Below the pieces are notes generated by a model that made no database searches, was not told the origin of the DNA, and worked only from the letters and a program-made list of their open reading frames with translations. The translations under genes were made by a program, and so were the position numbers. Below, in pieces: positions 44,323-54,054 of a stretch of 64,000 nt of DNA; the stretch's first letter is position 1, and every line of letters begins with the position of its first letter. The stretch comes from a candidate division Zixibacteria bacterium SM23_73_3 (GTDB lineage: Bacteria; Zixibacteria; MSB-5A5; SM1-73): assembly GCA_001304155.1 (NCBI GenBank), contig LJUX01000003.1, forward strand, positions 331 through 64,330, in the 5' to 3' direction.

Positions 44323-45407
44323 ATGACTGGTAAACGTATAACAAAAACTATGATATCTGATAGGGTAAGCAAGATACCACGTTCTGCTATTCATGAGATG
44401 ACGCGGCTCTCCATGCAGGTAAAAGATCCAGTTTCTCTATCATGGGCAAGACCGGCCGCAGGCTCGCCGGGACATATAAATGAGGCGGCATGTCAGGCAA
44501 TCAAAGCGGGTCTGGTAAGCGGCTATTCTGCGAGCATAGGGCTGCCAGAATTGAGGGAAGCGATCGTTGAGAAACTTAAAAGGGATAACAACATCAAGGC
44601 TGACCCTTCTGAAGTGATGGTCACGTGCTGTTAGCCTCAGCAGTTCCGGTGTACGTTCCTACTATCGAGGAGAAAGGTTTTCGCTTAGATATCCATGCTT
44701 TCAGGAGGGCCGTTACTGAAAAGACAAAAGCAATTATGTTCTGCACACCCAGCAATCCTACCGGAGCGGTATTTGAAGAAGAGGAACTTCGGACATTGGG
44801 AGGGATCGCTTTAGAAAACGATCTGGCTATAATTGTGGATGAGAGCTACGAGTACTTTACTTTCGACGGAGTAAAACACTTCAGTTTAGCCTCTATCCCT
44901 GAACTGAAGGAAAAAACGGTTAGCTGTTTCACCTTCACCAAGACCTATGCCATGACCGGATGGAGAGTCGGATACGTGCTTGCAAAAGCTGACTGGGTAA
45001 CCCAGATGCTTAAGGCACACATCCCCTTTTCTATTTGCACCCCGGTGGTTTCACAATATGCCGCGCTGACTGCCCTGCAGGGACCACAGGATTGCGTTGC
45101 GGAATTTAGAAAGAAGTACCTTGATCTTCGAGATTTAACCTGTGAGCGTCTGGGCAACTTGAACTCGGTGTTTGAGTATCAAAAGCCCAAAGGGTCTTAC
45201 TGCATGTTTCCGAAGATTCTGCACAAAGATGGTTCTGACTCGCTTTCATTCTGCAAAAAACTTTTGCTGGAGGGAAGAGTTTCAACTACACCAGGCGTGG
45301 CTTTTGGGCCTACCGGAGAAAGTCATCTCAGGATCACATTCTGTGACTCAGAAGAGGCTATCAACAAAGCCTTTGATAGGATGGAGAAATACTTTGGTCG
45401 AGCCTGA
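44323..45407 (+). pseudogene. class I/II pyridoxal-phosphate aminotransferase disrupted by an internal deletion and frameshift
   Basis: N-terminal fragment (44323-44634, ..GLPELREAIVEKLKRDNNIKADPSEVMVTCC*) and C-terminal fragment (44625-45407, with NPTG, DESYEYF, SFTKTYAMTGWRVGY) are in different frames. About 35 aa (the GxxxAL..DPGDEV..P.Y.Y block) are missing between them. Confidence 0.75.
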
Positions 45408-45443
45408 GTATCAGGATGTGCTAAAAATAGGAGAAAAAATAAC

Positions 45444-46163
45444 ATGGCACAAATAAGAATCTCAGCTAAGGATCTGGGGGGTTTAGCTCTACCTAATTTC
45501 TGTCCCCGCTGTTTCTGGATCAAGATGCACTGCTCAAATAAGCTTCCCTTCCAGATTTTTCCGGGGATATTTTCCTCCATCGACTCCTACACCAAAAAGG
45601 TGACCAACACTCATTTCGCACGATATAGCCAATTGCCATCGTGGCTGAAGGAATTGGGAGATTTGGGCAAGCCGGTGAAGGTTCCGCATTACTCCAAATT
45701 CTGTATCGTCGACGAAAAGACTGACGTTAAATTAACTGGAATGCCGGATGAAATACTCCAAAGAGAGGATGGCTCACATTTCATAATTGATTACAAAACA
45801 TCGAAATTCACTAAAACCCAGGACAGCCTGCTTCCTGTCTATGAAGTTCAGCTTAATGCTTATGCTTACATCGGAAAGCGACAGGGATTTGATCCCGTAT
45901 CTGGCATTGCCTTAGTTTACATGGAGCCACAAACGGATCTGGTTCAGGAAGAACTAGATTCCAAATTATGGGAAAATGGTTTTCTGATGGGTTTTGCCGG
46001 GCATGTTCTCCAGTTGAAGCTTGAGGATGAGCTGAAAATTCCTTCTCTTCTAAAGGAAGTTCGGAGGATTTATGATCAAAAGTCTCCACCTCCAGGTGAC
46101 CAAGATTGTCGCGATTGCAAGCTTTTAGATCAGCTTATTGTAACCGCTATGGGCCATATTTAA
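45444..46163 (+). CDS. PD-(D/E)XK nuclease family protein (Cas4/RecB-nuclease-like) with CxxC pairs at both ends
   Basis: GMPDEIL (motif II Asp), FIIDYKTSK (D-x-K), QLNAYAY (QxxxY). N-terminal CPRC and C-terminal CRDC. Confidence 0.65.
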   Translation: MAQIRISAKDLGGLALPNFCPRCFWIKMHCSNKLPFQIFPGIFSSIDSYTKKVTNTHFARYSQLPSWLKELGDLGKPVKVPHYSKFCIVDEKTDVKLTGMPDEILQREDGSHFIIDYKTSKFTKTQDSLLPVYEVQLNAYAYIGKRQGFDPVSGIALVYMEPQTDLVQEELDSKLWENGFLMGFAGHVLQLKLEDELKIPSLLKEVRRIYDQKSPPPGDQDCRDCKLLDQLIVTAMGHI

Positions 46164-46284
46164 TTTAAAACTTACCCCTTGTTCATCAGAGACGATGTCT
46201 CCAGGACCGAGAGATTGAGGGTAGCATATTTTGGATAGATTTATACAGCGGACGGACAACGGTTCGCCTATGACAAAGAATTTC

Positions 46285-46326
46285 AAACCAGAACCTAACT
46301 TAAGTTAAGTTCTGGTTTCTTTTTTA
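46285..46326 (+). terminator. rho-independent terminator
   Basis: AAACCAGAAC-(14 nt)-GTTCTGGTTT followed by CTTTTTT. Confidence 0.85.
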
Positions 46327-46372
46327 GGTTCTGTCTGGGGTTCAGTCATTATAAACTTTGTTTAGATATTGT

Positions 46373-46401
46373 TTGACATGTGTTTGGGGCTAACATATAT
46401 T
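46373..46401 (+). promoter_or_regulatory. sigma70-type promoter upstream of xseA
   Basis: TTGACA, 17-nt spacer, TATATT. 90 nt upstream of ATG 46491. Confidence 0.55.
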
Positions 46402-46490
46402 TTGAAATAAACATCATAAGATTAAAATTGACAACTCAAATTTACACGCATTGTCCATTCATTCTAACCCGTTTGTGATCAGGGCAAGAT

Positions 46491-47693
46491 ATGCAGGAAA
46501 AAATCTATTCAGTGACAGAGATCACCAGAGAAATAAAGGGCATTCTGGAGGAGAGTTTTCCAGCCGTATGGGTGGAAGGTGAAATATCCAATTATCTTCT
46601 ACATTCCTCCGGGCATCGTTACTTTTCCTTAAAAGACGAGAATGCCCAGATAAGATGCACCCTGTGGAGGTTTCGGGGAGATGAGCTTCAATTTGAGCCG
46701 GCAGATGGAATGAAAGTAATGACATGGGGAAGTATCACAGTCTATGAAAAAAACGGACAGTATCAATTGGATGTGGTTGAGCTTATTCCGGCTGGTGTGG
46801 GCAAGTTGGAGATCGCCTTCCGAAGGTTGAAGGAGAAACTTTTTAAAGAAGGGTTGTTCGATGAGGAGCACAAAAAGCCTATTCCTCAGTTTCCGGAGGC
46901 AATCGGGGTGGTGACCTCTCCCACCGGAGCGGCGGTAAAAGATATAATAAGAATCATACAGTCTCGTTTCCCCAGCGTAAAGATAATAGTGAACCCGGTG
47001 CGAGTTCAAGGAGAGGAAGCGGCAGAGGAAATTGCCCAGGCGATAAGAGAGTTCAATGAGTACAAAAAGATTGACGTGATGATAGTGGGTCGAGGAGGGG
47101 GGTCGCTGGAGGATTTGTGGGCTTTTAACGAGGAGGTGGTTGCCCGAGCCATCTATGATTCCGAGATCCCGGTAATCTCGGCGGTGGGACACCAGATCGA
47201 TTTTGTCATCTCAGATTTTGTGGCAGACCTAAGAGCGCCCACTCCATCTGCGGCGGCTCAGATGGTTGTTCAAAAAAGTGATGAGCGTCTCGAACATATA
47301 AAATCTGATATAAGAAGACTATCTTTTTATTTTCTTTCGCTACTTGAACATTTAAAACAAGGATTGAAGACCAAAAAAGAGAGTTATGGCTTCAGGAGAC
47401 CTTTTGATCTCATCACTCAAAGGGCACAGAAAGTGGATGAACGGGGACAACAATTTGCGGATGGCATAAAAAATTACTTTGAAATTAAAGCAAAAGCTAT
47501 ATCTTTATTGAAAGAAAAACTGGATGTTTTGTCGCCTGCATCTATTTTAAAAAGAGGATATTCCATTACCCGAAGGTTGCCGGAATTGAGAGTAATTAAA
47601 GATGCGGGTATCCTTAGAGAAGAGGATAGGGTAGAGGTGAAGGTATACCGGGGGAGGATTGAGTCCAGAGTAGAGCTTATTGATCTGAATTAG
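46491..47693 (+). CDS. xseA: exodeoxyribonuclease VII large subunit
   Basis: N-terminal OB fold (VWVEGEISNY..HSSGHRYFSLKD), GVVTSPTGAA and GRGGGSLEDLWAFNEE motifs. Confidence 0.96.
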   Translation: MQEKIYSVTEITREIKGILEESFPAVWVEGEISNYLLHSSGHRYFSLKDENAQIRCTLWRFRGDELQFEPADGMKVMTWGSITVYEKNGQYQLDVVELIPAGVGKLEIAFRRLKEKLFKEGLFDEEHKKPIPQFPEAIGVVTSPTGAAVKDIIRIIQSRFPSVKIIVNPVRVQGEEAAEEIAQAIREFNEYKKIDVMIVGRGGGSLEDLWAFNEEVVARAIYDSEIPVISAVGHQIDFVISDFVADLRAPTPSAAAQMVVQKSDERLEHIKSDIRRLSFYFLSLLEHLKQGLKTKKESYGFRRPFDLITQRAQKVDERGQQFADGIKNYFEIKAKAISLLKEKLDVLSPASILKRGYSITRRLPELRVIKDAGILREEDRVEVKVYRGRIESRVELIDLN

Positions 47694-47709
47694 ACCTACA
47701 AACGGAGAG

Positions 47710-47976
47710 GTGAAATTGACTGGTAAGAAATCGACTCCAAAAAGAAAAGAGAAAAGCTTCGAAGAAGCTCTAAGAAAATTAGAGAAGATAGTGCGAGATT
47801 TAGAAGAGAGTGACCTATCTCTTGAGGCGGCTTTGAAAAAGTTCGAGGAGGGAATCGAGCTATCCCAATTCTGCACTCAAAAATTGACCCGGGCGGAAGA
47901 AAGGGTCAAAAAACTGATCAAAACGGCTGAGGGTGAGTTTAAGACTCAACCTCTTGATCTGGAAGCAGAGGAATGA
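47710..47976 (+). CDS. xseB: exodeoxyribonuclease VII small subunit
   Basis: SFEEALRKLEKIVRDLEESDLSLEAALKKFEEGIELSQFC. Start is ambiguous between GTG 47710 and TTG 47716. Confidence 0.92.
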   Translation: MKLTGKKSTPKRKEKSFEEALRKLEKIVRDLEESDLSLEAALKKFEEGIELSQFCTQKLTRAEERVKKLIKTAEGEFKTQPLDLEAEE

Positions 47977-48021
47977 TCTTCTGCAAGTTAAATACTGGTA
48001 ATTAGAGGAGAAACAAAAATG

Positions 48022-48044
48022 CGCAGGCTGAAGCCTGCGGCTAC
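48022..48044. repeat. compact GTAG-flanked palindrome (minus-strand GTAG-C-CGCAGGCT-tc-AGCCTGCG)
   Basis: CGCAGGCTgaAGCCTGCGGCTAC. The same arms occur at 15991-16092 separated by about 80 nt. Confidence 0.7.
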
Positions 48045-48171
48045 CTACCCACCACTCAATGGATTCCTTAAGAAAAAGGTAGTAGCCCATTTGGGCGTTG
48101 AGAATATGTGATCTAAATTTGGTGCAATGTAGAAATAATTAATTATCTGTTACCCTTTAATTGCGAAGAAA

Positions 48172-49263
48172 ATGGCGACCCAAACGGTAGATTTTTTTGC
48201 TGAGTTGGAAAAAAGAGAAAAGCTGGTGGCATCATATCTGAAGACGGAAGAATTTAAAGACTGGTTTTATCCGGATCAAATAAAAGAAGCCGTATATAGT
48301 TATGTTAACCGGGCAGGAAAGCGCCTGCGTCCCGCGGTGTTGCTTTTAGCCTGTGGAGCGGTGGGAGGGAAAGAAGAGGAGGCAATCCCGGCGGCAGCAG
48401 CAGTGGAGATGTTTCATACCTGGACTTTAGTGCATGACGATCTGATTGACAATGACGAGAAAAGGAGAGGTGGATATACGGTTCATACACAATCATCCTT
48501 GATCGCAAAACAGCACATGAACTATACTGAAAATCAGGCTAAAGATTACGGGCGAGACATCGCCATACTTACCGGCGACATTCAGCAGGGATGGGCAGTA
48601 AGTCTTTTGTGTGATTGTTCCCTGAAGGGAAATGTCAAACCTGAGGTGACCCTCACATTGATTCGCATGTTGGAATCGTATGTGCTAAATACCCTGGTTT
48701 CTGGAGAAACTCTGGATATTCAGTTCGCCAAACAGCCTATTGAGTCTTTCAATCCAGACCAGATTTTAGATATGCTATGGCGGAAGACCGGCGCTTTATA
48801 TGAATATTCTGCCAAAGCGGGTGCTATGATCGGACTTAATACGACAAACACAGACGACAAGAAAGCCGTTGCTCTTTCCAATTTTACCAGCAGGTGCGGT
48901 ACCGCCTTCCAACTTCAGGATGATATCCTGGGCATTATCGGCAATGAAAAACAGTTGGGAAAACCGGTTGGCTCTGACATCAGGGAGGGGAAACGCACCA
49001 CCATCACCTACTATGCTTTTAAGAATGCCTCTCCCCAACAGAAAGCAAAGCTGAAAAATGTCTTAGGAAATCATGAGGCAAGCAGAGAGGAAATCAATAA
49101 GGTCGTCCAACTTTTGCTTGAGCTGGGTGGGATATCAGAGACGAAACGCATGGCACAGCGGATCATCGGAGAGGCCCGACCGGAACTTGATGTTTTGCCA
49201 GACTCGCACTATAAGGAGCTACTTTTAGCCTGGGCAGATTTTATGATCTCTCGAGATTTTTAA
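48172..49263 (+). CDS. polyprenyl diphosphate synthase (short-chain trans-prenyltransferase, IspA/GGPPS-like)
   Basis: First Asp-rich motif LVHDDLIDNDEKRRG. Second motif FQLQDDILG. Sits in the conserved xseB-ispA-dxs position. Confidence 0.9.
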   Translation: MATQTVDFFAELEKREKLVASYLKTEEFKDWFYPDQIKEAVYSYVNRAGKRLRPAVLLLACGAVGGKEEEAIPAAAAVEMFHTWTLVHDDLIDNDEKRRGGYTVHTQSSLIAKQHMNYTENQAKDYGRDIAILTGDIQQGWAVSLLCDCSLKGNVKPEVTLTLIRMLESYVLNTLVSGETLDIQFAKQPIESFNPDQILDMLWRKTGALYEYSAKAGAMIGLNTTNTDDKKAVALSNFTSRCGTAFQLQDDILGIIGNEKQLGKPVGSDIREGKRTTITYYAFKNASPQQKAKLKNVLGNHEASREEINKVVQLLLELGGISETKRMAQRIIGEARPELDVLPDSHYKELLLAWADFMISRDF

Positions 49264-49272
49264 GGAGTTAAG

Positions 49273-51186
49273 ATGACTAAATGGCTGGATAGAATAAATT
49301 CACCTCAAGATTTGAAAAACATCCCCATCGACAAATTAGATGAATTGGCACAGGAAATCAGAAACAGGATCATAACCGTGGTCTCCAAAAACGGTGGACA
49401 TCTGGCATCCAACCTGGGAGCTATCGAGCTTACCTTAGCGCTCCACCGGGTTTTCCATTCGCCTAGGGATAAAATCATCTGGGATGTGGGTCATCAGTGT
49501 TATACCCACAAACTTCTGACCGGACGCAAGGACAGATTTGATACAGTAAGAAAATACAGGGGCTTGAGCGGTTTTCCCACCTGGCATGAAAGCGAACATG
49601 ATATTTTCATTGTGGGACATGCCTCCACCGCCATCTCCTCCGCTTTAGGAATTGCCTGTGCGCGAGATCAAAAAGGCGAGGATTTCTCAGTGATTGCGGT
49701 GGTGGGTGACGGTGCTTTAACTGGTGGGATGGCGTTTGAGGGGCTGAATAATACAGGCGCCTTAAGAAAGAACTTGATCGTTATTTTAAATGACAACACC
49801 ATGTCCATCTCCAAGAATGTGGGAGCCTTGTCCCGATATCTGACCGATCTTTTGACCGACGAGAAATATAATAAACTCAAAGCGGAAGTTTGGGATCTGG
49901 TGGGGAAGTTCAAAAGAAGAGATAAGATAAGAGGCATGGTGGCTAAGGTGGAAGAGAGCATCAAAGGGTTTTTGGTTCCTGGCATCTTCTTCGAGAAATT
50001 GGGATTCCGCTATTTTGGCCCTTTGGATGGGCATGATATTGAAGGGTTAGTCAAAATCTTGGAACAGTTGAAAACCTTGAATGGTCCCATCTTGCTTCAT
50101 ATTCTTACAAGAAAAGGGAAAGGCTACAAATTTGCAGAAGAGGATGCCCCTCGATTTCATGGTATTGGTACCTTCGATAAGGTTACCGGAAATTCAAACG
50201 GGAAGTCAAGGGGGCCAACGTATACGGATGTGTTGGGAAATACTTTGCTTAAGTTAGCTAAGAAGGATGAAAAAATTGTGGCCATCACCGCCGCCATGAC
50301 CCTGGGAACTGGACTTTTGAAGTTTGCCCAAGCCTTTCCTAAAAGATTTTATGACGTAGGGATTGCTGAGCAACATGCCACCACTTTCGCCTCCGGACTT
50401 GCCAGCCAGAATCTCAAGCCGGTGTTTGCAGTATACTCCACATTCCTTCAAAGAGCTTTTGATCAGGTGATTCACGATGTGGCCTTGCAGAATCATTCTG
50501 TGATTTTGGCAATAGACCGGGCAGGATTGGTGGGTGCAGATGGTCCCACCCATCATGGCGCTTTCGATCTGAGTTATCTCAGACACGTTCCTAATTGGAT
50601 AATTATGTCACCCAGAGATGGAAATGAGCTAAAGGACATGCTTTATACTGCCCTTGGCTGGGAAAAAGGACCTGTTGCCATACGGTACCCCAGAAGTGCA
50701 ATTCCTGATGTGCTCACCGATGAATTTGACCTGATCCAGATGGGGACCTGGGAAAGGTTGAAAAGAGGAAAGGAGGTGGCAATCTTGGCGGTGGGTTCCA
50801 TGGTCTATCCAGCTCTGGAGGCGTCCTCTCAACTCCAGAAGGAAGGGATAGATGTGGAGGTGGTGAATGCCCGTTTTGTGAAGCCACTGGATGAACAGAT
50901 GCTTGATTCCATCTTACAGAGATTCAATAAGCTTATCACGGTTGAAGAAAACGCACTTTTAGGCGGATTCGGATCTGCGGTCTTGGAATTCGCAGAAGCT
51001 CATAATGTTAAGGGCGTGTTAATTAAAAGGATGGGCATTCCAGATGAGTTTATTGAGCATGGCTCAAGAGACCAGGTTTTACGCGATTTGGACTTAGACA
51101 AAGATGGAATAAGCCAAATGGTAAAAATGATTTTGAAATCAGATATAGTCTGTGAAAAAATTAAAACCCGAAAAGCAAGTTCGTGA
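49273..51186 (+). CDS. dxs: 1-deoxy-D-xylulose-5-phosphate synthase
   Basis: GGHLASNLGAIELT, DVGHQCYTHK, GDGALTGGMAFE, IAEQHA motifs. 637 aa. Confidence 0.97.
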   Translation: MTKWLDRINSPQDLKNIPIDKLDELAQEIRNRIITVVSKNGGHLASNLGAIELTLALHRVFHSPRDKIIWDVGHQCYTHKLLTGRKDRFDTVRKYRGLSGFPTWHESEHDIFIVGHASTAISSALGIACARDQKGEDFSVIAVVGDGALTGGMAFEGLNNTGALRKNLIVILNDNTMSISKNVGALSRYLTDLLTDEKYNKLKAEVWDLVGKFKRRDKIRGMVAKVEESIKGFLVPGIFFEKLGFRYFGPLDGHDIEGLVKILEQLKTLNGPILLHILTRKGKGYKFAEEDAPRFHGIGTFDKVTGNSNGKSRGPTYTDVLGNTLLKLAKKDEKIVAITAAMTLGTGLLKFAQAFPKRFYDVGIAEQHATTFASGLASQNLKPVFAVYSTFLQRAFDQVIHDVALQNHSVILAIDRAGLVGADGPTHHGAFDLSYLRHVPNWIIMSPRDGNELKDMLYTALGWEKGPVAIRYPRSAIPDVLTDEFDLIQMGTWERLKRGKEVAILAVGSMVYPALEASSQLQKEGIDVEVVNARFVKPLDEQMLDSILQRFNKLITVEENALLGGFGSAVLEFAEAHNVKGVLIKRMGIPDEFIEHGSRDQVLRDLDLDKDGISQMVKMILKSDIVCEKIKTRKASS

Positions 51187-51232
51187 GTCGTAAATGGTGG
51201 AACCTTGAAATAATCTTCCCCAATTAAATAAA

Positions 51233-52099
51233 ATGAAAAGCATCGGAATTATCGCCAACGTCAAAAAAGAGTTGACCAAAGAGGTGGTGGAAAAGATCAT
51301 CCGCTGGGCAAGCGAAAACAAAGTCGATGTGTTCCTTTGTGAAGAGCTTGTCCCATTGATGGGACAAAAGGAGGAGTCCTTGCCCAGGTCGAAGCTGTGG
51401 GAAAAAAGTGAGATGTTGATTTCTCTGGGAGGAGATGGGACCATGCTGGCTTCGGCGCGGGCGGTGGGAGAACATCAAATCCCAATTTTGGGAATAAACT
51501 TGGGTGGAGTGGGATTCTTGACAGAAATCAATTCCAACGATTTGCATAATACCTTGAATAAGCTCAAACAGGGGGATTATTTCATCGAGAGGAGGATGGT
51601 TCTGGAAAGTGAGATGGAGGGGGTAAAAAGATTTGATCAGTATGCGTTAAACGACGTGGTTATTGACAAAGGAGAGGTGGCACGGCTTTTCCTTTTGCAT
51701 CTTTACGTGAAAGATGAATTCATCTGTTCCTATTCAGCTGATGGTTTGATCATCTCCACTCCCACCGGATCAACCGCATATAGCTTAGCTGCTGGAGGAC
51801 CGATAATCAATCCTCAGATGAATGCCATAATTGTGTCGCCCATATGCCCCCACACCTTAGCTTCACGTCCCATAGTCTTCTCTGAGGACGAGACCTTAAG
51901 GGTGGTGGTGGAACTTTCTTGCCGGGAGGCGGTGTTGACCATCGATGGACAGGTGGCGTTCGGTTTGAAGTCCGGAAGCTCGGTTCTGGTACGAAAAGCC
52001 GAGCATTCAGTCAACCTGATCAAATTCAGAGATAGATCGTTCTATGATATCTTGAGAAGGAAGCTTCATTGGGGAGCCAGGCCTAAGATTGGAGAATAA
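51233..52099 (+). CDS. nadK: NAD+ kinase
   Basis: GGDGTML, NLGGVGFL and STPTGSTAYSLAAGGPI motifs. Confidence 0.95.
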   Translation: MKSIGIIANVKKELTKEVVEKIIRWASENKVDVFLCEELVPLMGQKEESLPRSKLWEKSEMLISLGGDGTMLASARAVGEHQIPILGINLGGVGFLTEINSNDLHNTLNKLKQGDYFIERRMVLESEMEGVKRFDQYALNDVVIDKGEVARLFLLHLYVKDEFICSYSADGLIISTPTGSTAYSLAAGGPIINPQMNAIIVSPICPHTLASRPIVFSEDETLRVVVELSCREAVLTIDGQVAFGLKSGSSVLVRKAEHSVNLIKFRDRSFYDILRRKLHWGARPKIGE

Positions 52100-52181
52100 A
52101 GTTAGTTCAAAAGTTCATTGAGGCTTGTCCCTTTTGCCATCATTTTCAAACCTCTAACGCCCAAGACTGAAGTCTCCTGAA

Positions 52182-53900
52182 ATGCTAAAAAATCTCCGAA
52201 TAAGAAATTACGCTTTAGTTGACCAGATGAAGGTGGAGTTTCAGCCCGGACTGAACATCATCACCGGCGCTACCGGTGCGGGAAAATCCATTATCGTGGG
52301 GGCAGCAAATCTGGCCTTGGGAGAGAGGGCAAGCCTTGATGTGGTCAGAAGTGGATTCGACACCGCAAGCATAGAGGCAGTTTTCAAACTGCCAGATGAC
52401 CGTCCCTTAAAAGAGTTGTTAGTTAAGCTGGGCATGATCCCCCAAGACGATTTAATCATAATTAGAAGAGAGATCTCCGGCAAAGGGCAGAGCAGATGCC
52501 TTCTCAATGATCGACAGGTTACTTTAGGAAGTCTGAAATCAATTGGAGACCGACTTGCAGACCTACACGGACAACACCAGCATCAATCGCTTTTAAATGT
52601 GGATAGACATATCGAATATCTGGATCACTATGGATATCTGGACGAAATTTTATCCCGGGTGAGTGGAACTTTTGGTTTGCTCAGAAAGAAACAAAAGGAG
52701 CTGGAGGACCTAAAAGCCAGTAAGAAGATGGATGAGGAGAGAAGAGAGCTCTATCAGTTTCAGATTCAGGAAATTGAAAAAGCCAGCTTAAGACCAGACG
52801 AAGAGGAAAAGCTTGCCCAGAAAAGAAAAGTGTTGGAAAACGTGGAATCCCTTTTTGAGCTTTCCTCCAATCTCTATCATCAACTCTATGAAAGTGATGG
52901 ATCGATACTGGCAAAACTGGCCTCCCTGTCCAAGGAGCTGAAAAAAAACATCCACACAGATTCGAGATTAAAAGAACCTGCGGAAAATTTAGAATCCTGC
53001 GTGATCGGGCTTCAGGAAGTGTCAAGATTTGTGGAAGACTACAAAGGCGGGTTGGAGTTCGATCCCGAAAAACTGGAGATGATAAGGGAGCGGCTGAATT
53101 TGCTTCATACCTTGAAGAAGAAATATGACAAAACTATTGGGGAGATCTTGGCATACAAAGAACAGATTGAAAGAGAGAGGGGTAAGATAGACAACAAGGA
53201 TGAAACTATAAATGAGTTAGAAAAAGAGATAGAGAGGTTTTCTCAGATTTTTCAAAAGGAGTGTAGTTTGCTTTCAGAACAAAGAAAAGCTAAAGCTTCT
53301 GAGTTGTCAAAAAAAATCCAAAAGGCTTTGATTGGCTTGGGAATGGATAAGACCAGATTCCAGGTAAGAATAAGCCAGAGGGAAGATGCAAATGGATTAA
53401 TCAACGTAGATGTGAAAAGATACTTTGCAGATGCGAAGGGGATGGATCAAGTGGAGTTTTTTGTTTCTCCCAATCCGGGGGAGGAACTAAAACCTTTAGC
53501 CAAGATTGCCTCTGGTGGAGAGATCTCCCGTATAATGTTAGCATTAAAATCTATTCTGGCTAAGACAGATCAGGTGGAGACCATGATTTTCGACGAGATA
53601 GATGTGGGCATTGGTGGGGAGGTGGCATCCGCGGTGGGTAAAAGCTTAAAAGATTTAGCTTCTTCACTTCAGGTGATCGTGATAACACATCTACAGCAGA
53701 TCGCTTCACAGGCGGACCATCATTTCAAAGTGTTCAAGGAAAATGTGAAAGGTCGAACTGTGACCAAGATTAAAAGATTAGATAAAGAGGAGAGGGTAAA
53801 TGAGATTGCGCGAATGATCTCCGGGGAAAAGATAAGCCAGTTAACCTTAAGACAGGCAAAGGAGATGATTAAGTCCACCGGTGACTCCTCCGGCGATTGA
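52182..53900 (+). CDS. recN: DNA repair protein RecN
   Basis: N-terminal Walker A GATGAGKS, long coiled coil, ASGGEISRIMLA signature, FDEIDVGIGG Walker B. Confidence 0.96.
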   Translation: MLKNLRIRNYALVDQMKVEFQPGLNIITGATGAGKSIIVGAANLALGERASLDVVRSGFDTASIEAVFKLPDDRPLKELLVKLGMIPQDDLIIIRREISGKGQSRCLLNDRQVTLGSLKSIGDRLADLHGQHQHQSLLNVDRHIEYLDHYGYLDEILSRVSGTFGLLRKKQKELEDLKASKKMDEERRELYQFQIQEIEKASLRPDEEEKLAQKRKVLENVESLFELSSNLYHQLYESDGSILAKLASLSKELKKNIHTDSRLKEPAENLESCVIGLQEVSRFVEDYKGGLEFDPEKLEMIRERLNLLHTLKKKYDKTIGEILAYKEQIERERGKIDNKDETINELEKEIERFSQIFQKECSLLSEQRKAKASELSKKIQKALIGLGMDKTRFQVRISQREDANGLINVDVKRYFADAKGMDQVEFFVSPNPGEELKPLAKIASGGEISRIMLALKSILAKTDQVETMIFDEIDVGIGGEVASAVGKSLKDLASSLQVIVITHLQQIASQADHHFKVFKENVKGRTVTKIKRLDKEERVNEIARMISGEKISQLTLRQAKEMIKSTGDSSGD

Positions 53901-53909
53901 GCATAAGTT

Positions 53910-54001
53910 GTAGGGGTCGGATTCATCCGACCCGAAAAACGTTACAATAGATAGTTCTGGACAGTTCTGCCAGCGGCAGGTTTGATAAATCAAACCCCTA
54001 C
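53910..54001. repeat. inverted pair of GTAGGGGT-headed palindromes (REPIN-like)
   Basis: GTAG-GGGTCGGAT-tc-ATCCGACCC (53910-33) faces GGTTTGAT-aa-ATCAAACC-CCTAC (53978-54001). CTGCC-agc-GGCAG lies between them. Confidence 0.7.
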
Positions 54002-54054
54002 AAAACCTATTCCATCCCTCCCATCTGTGTAGAGGGGAAAATAGTGACGTTAAG

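Noticed and set aside
45172-45456. 94-aa ORF overlapping the aminotransferase 3' end and the nuclease start.
   Set aside because: It is an alternative frame of a region whose main frame carries clear aminotransferase motifs. No SD.
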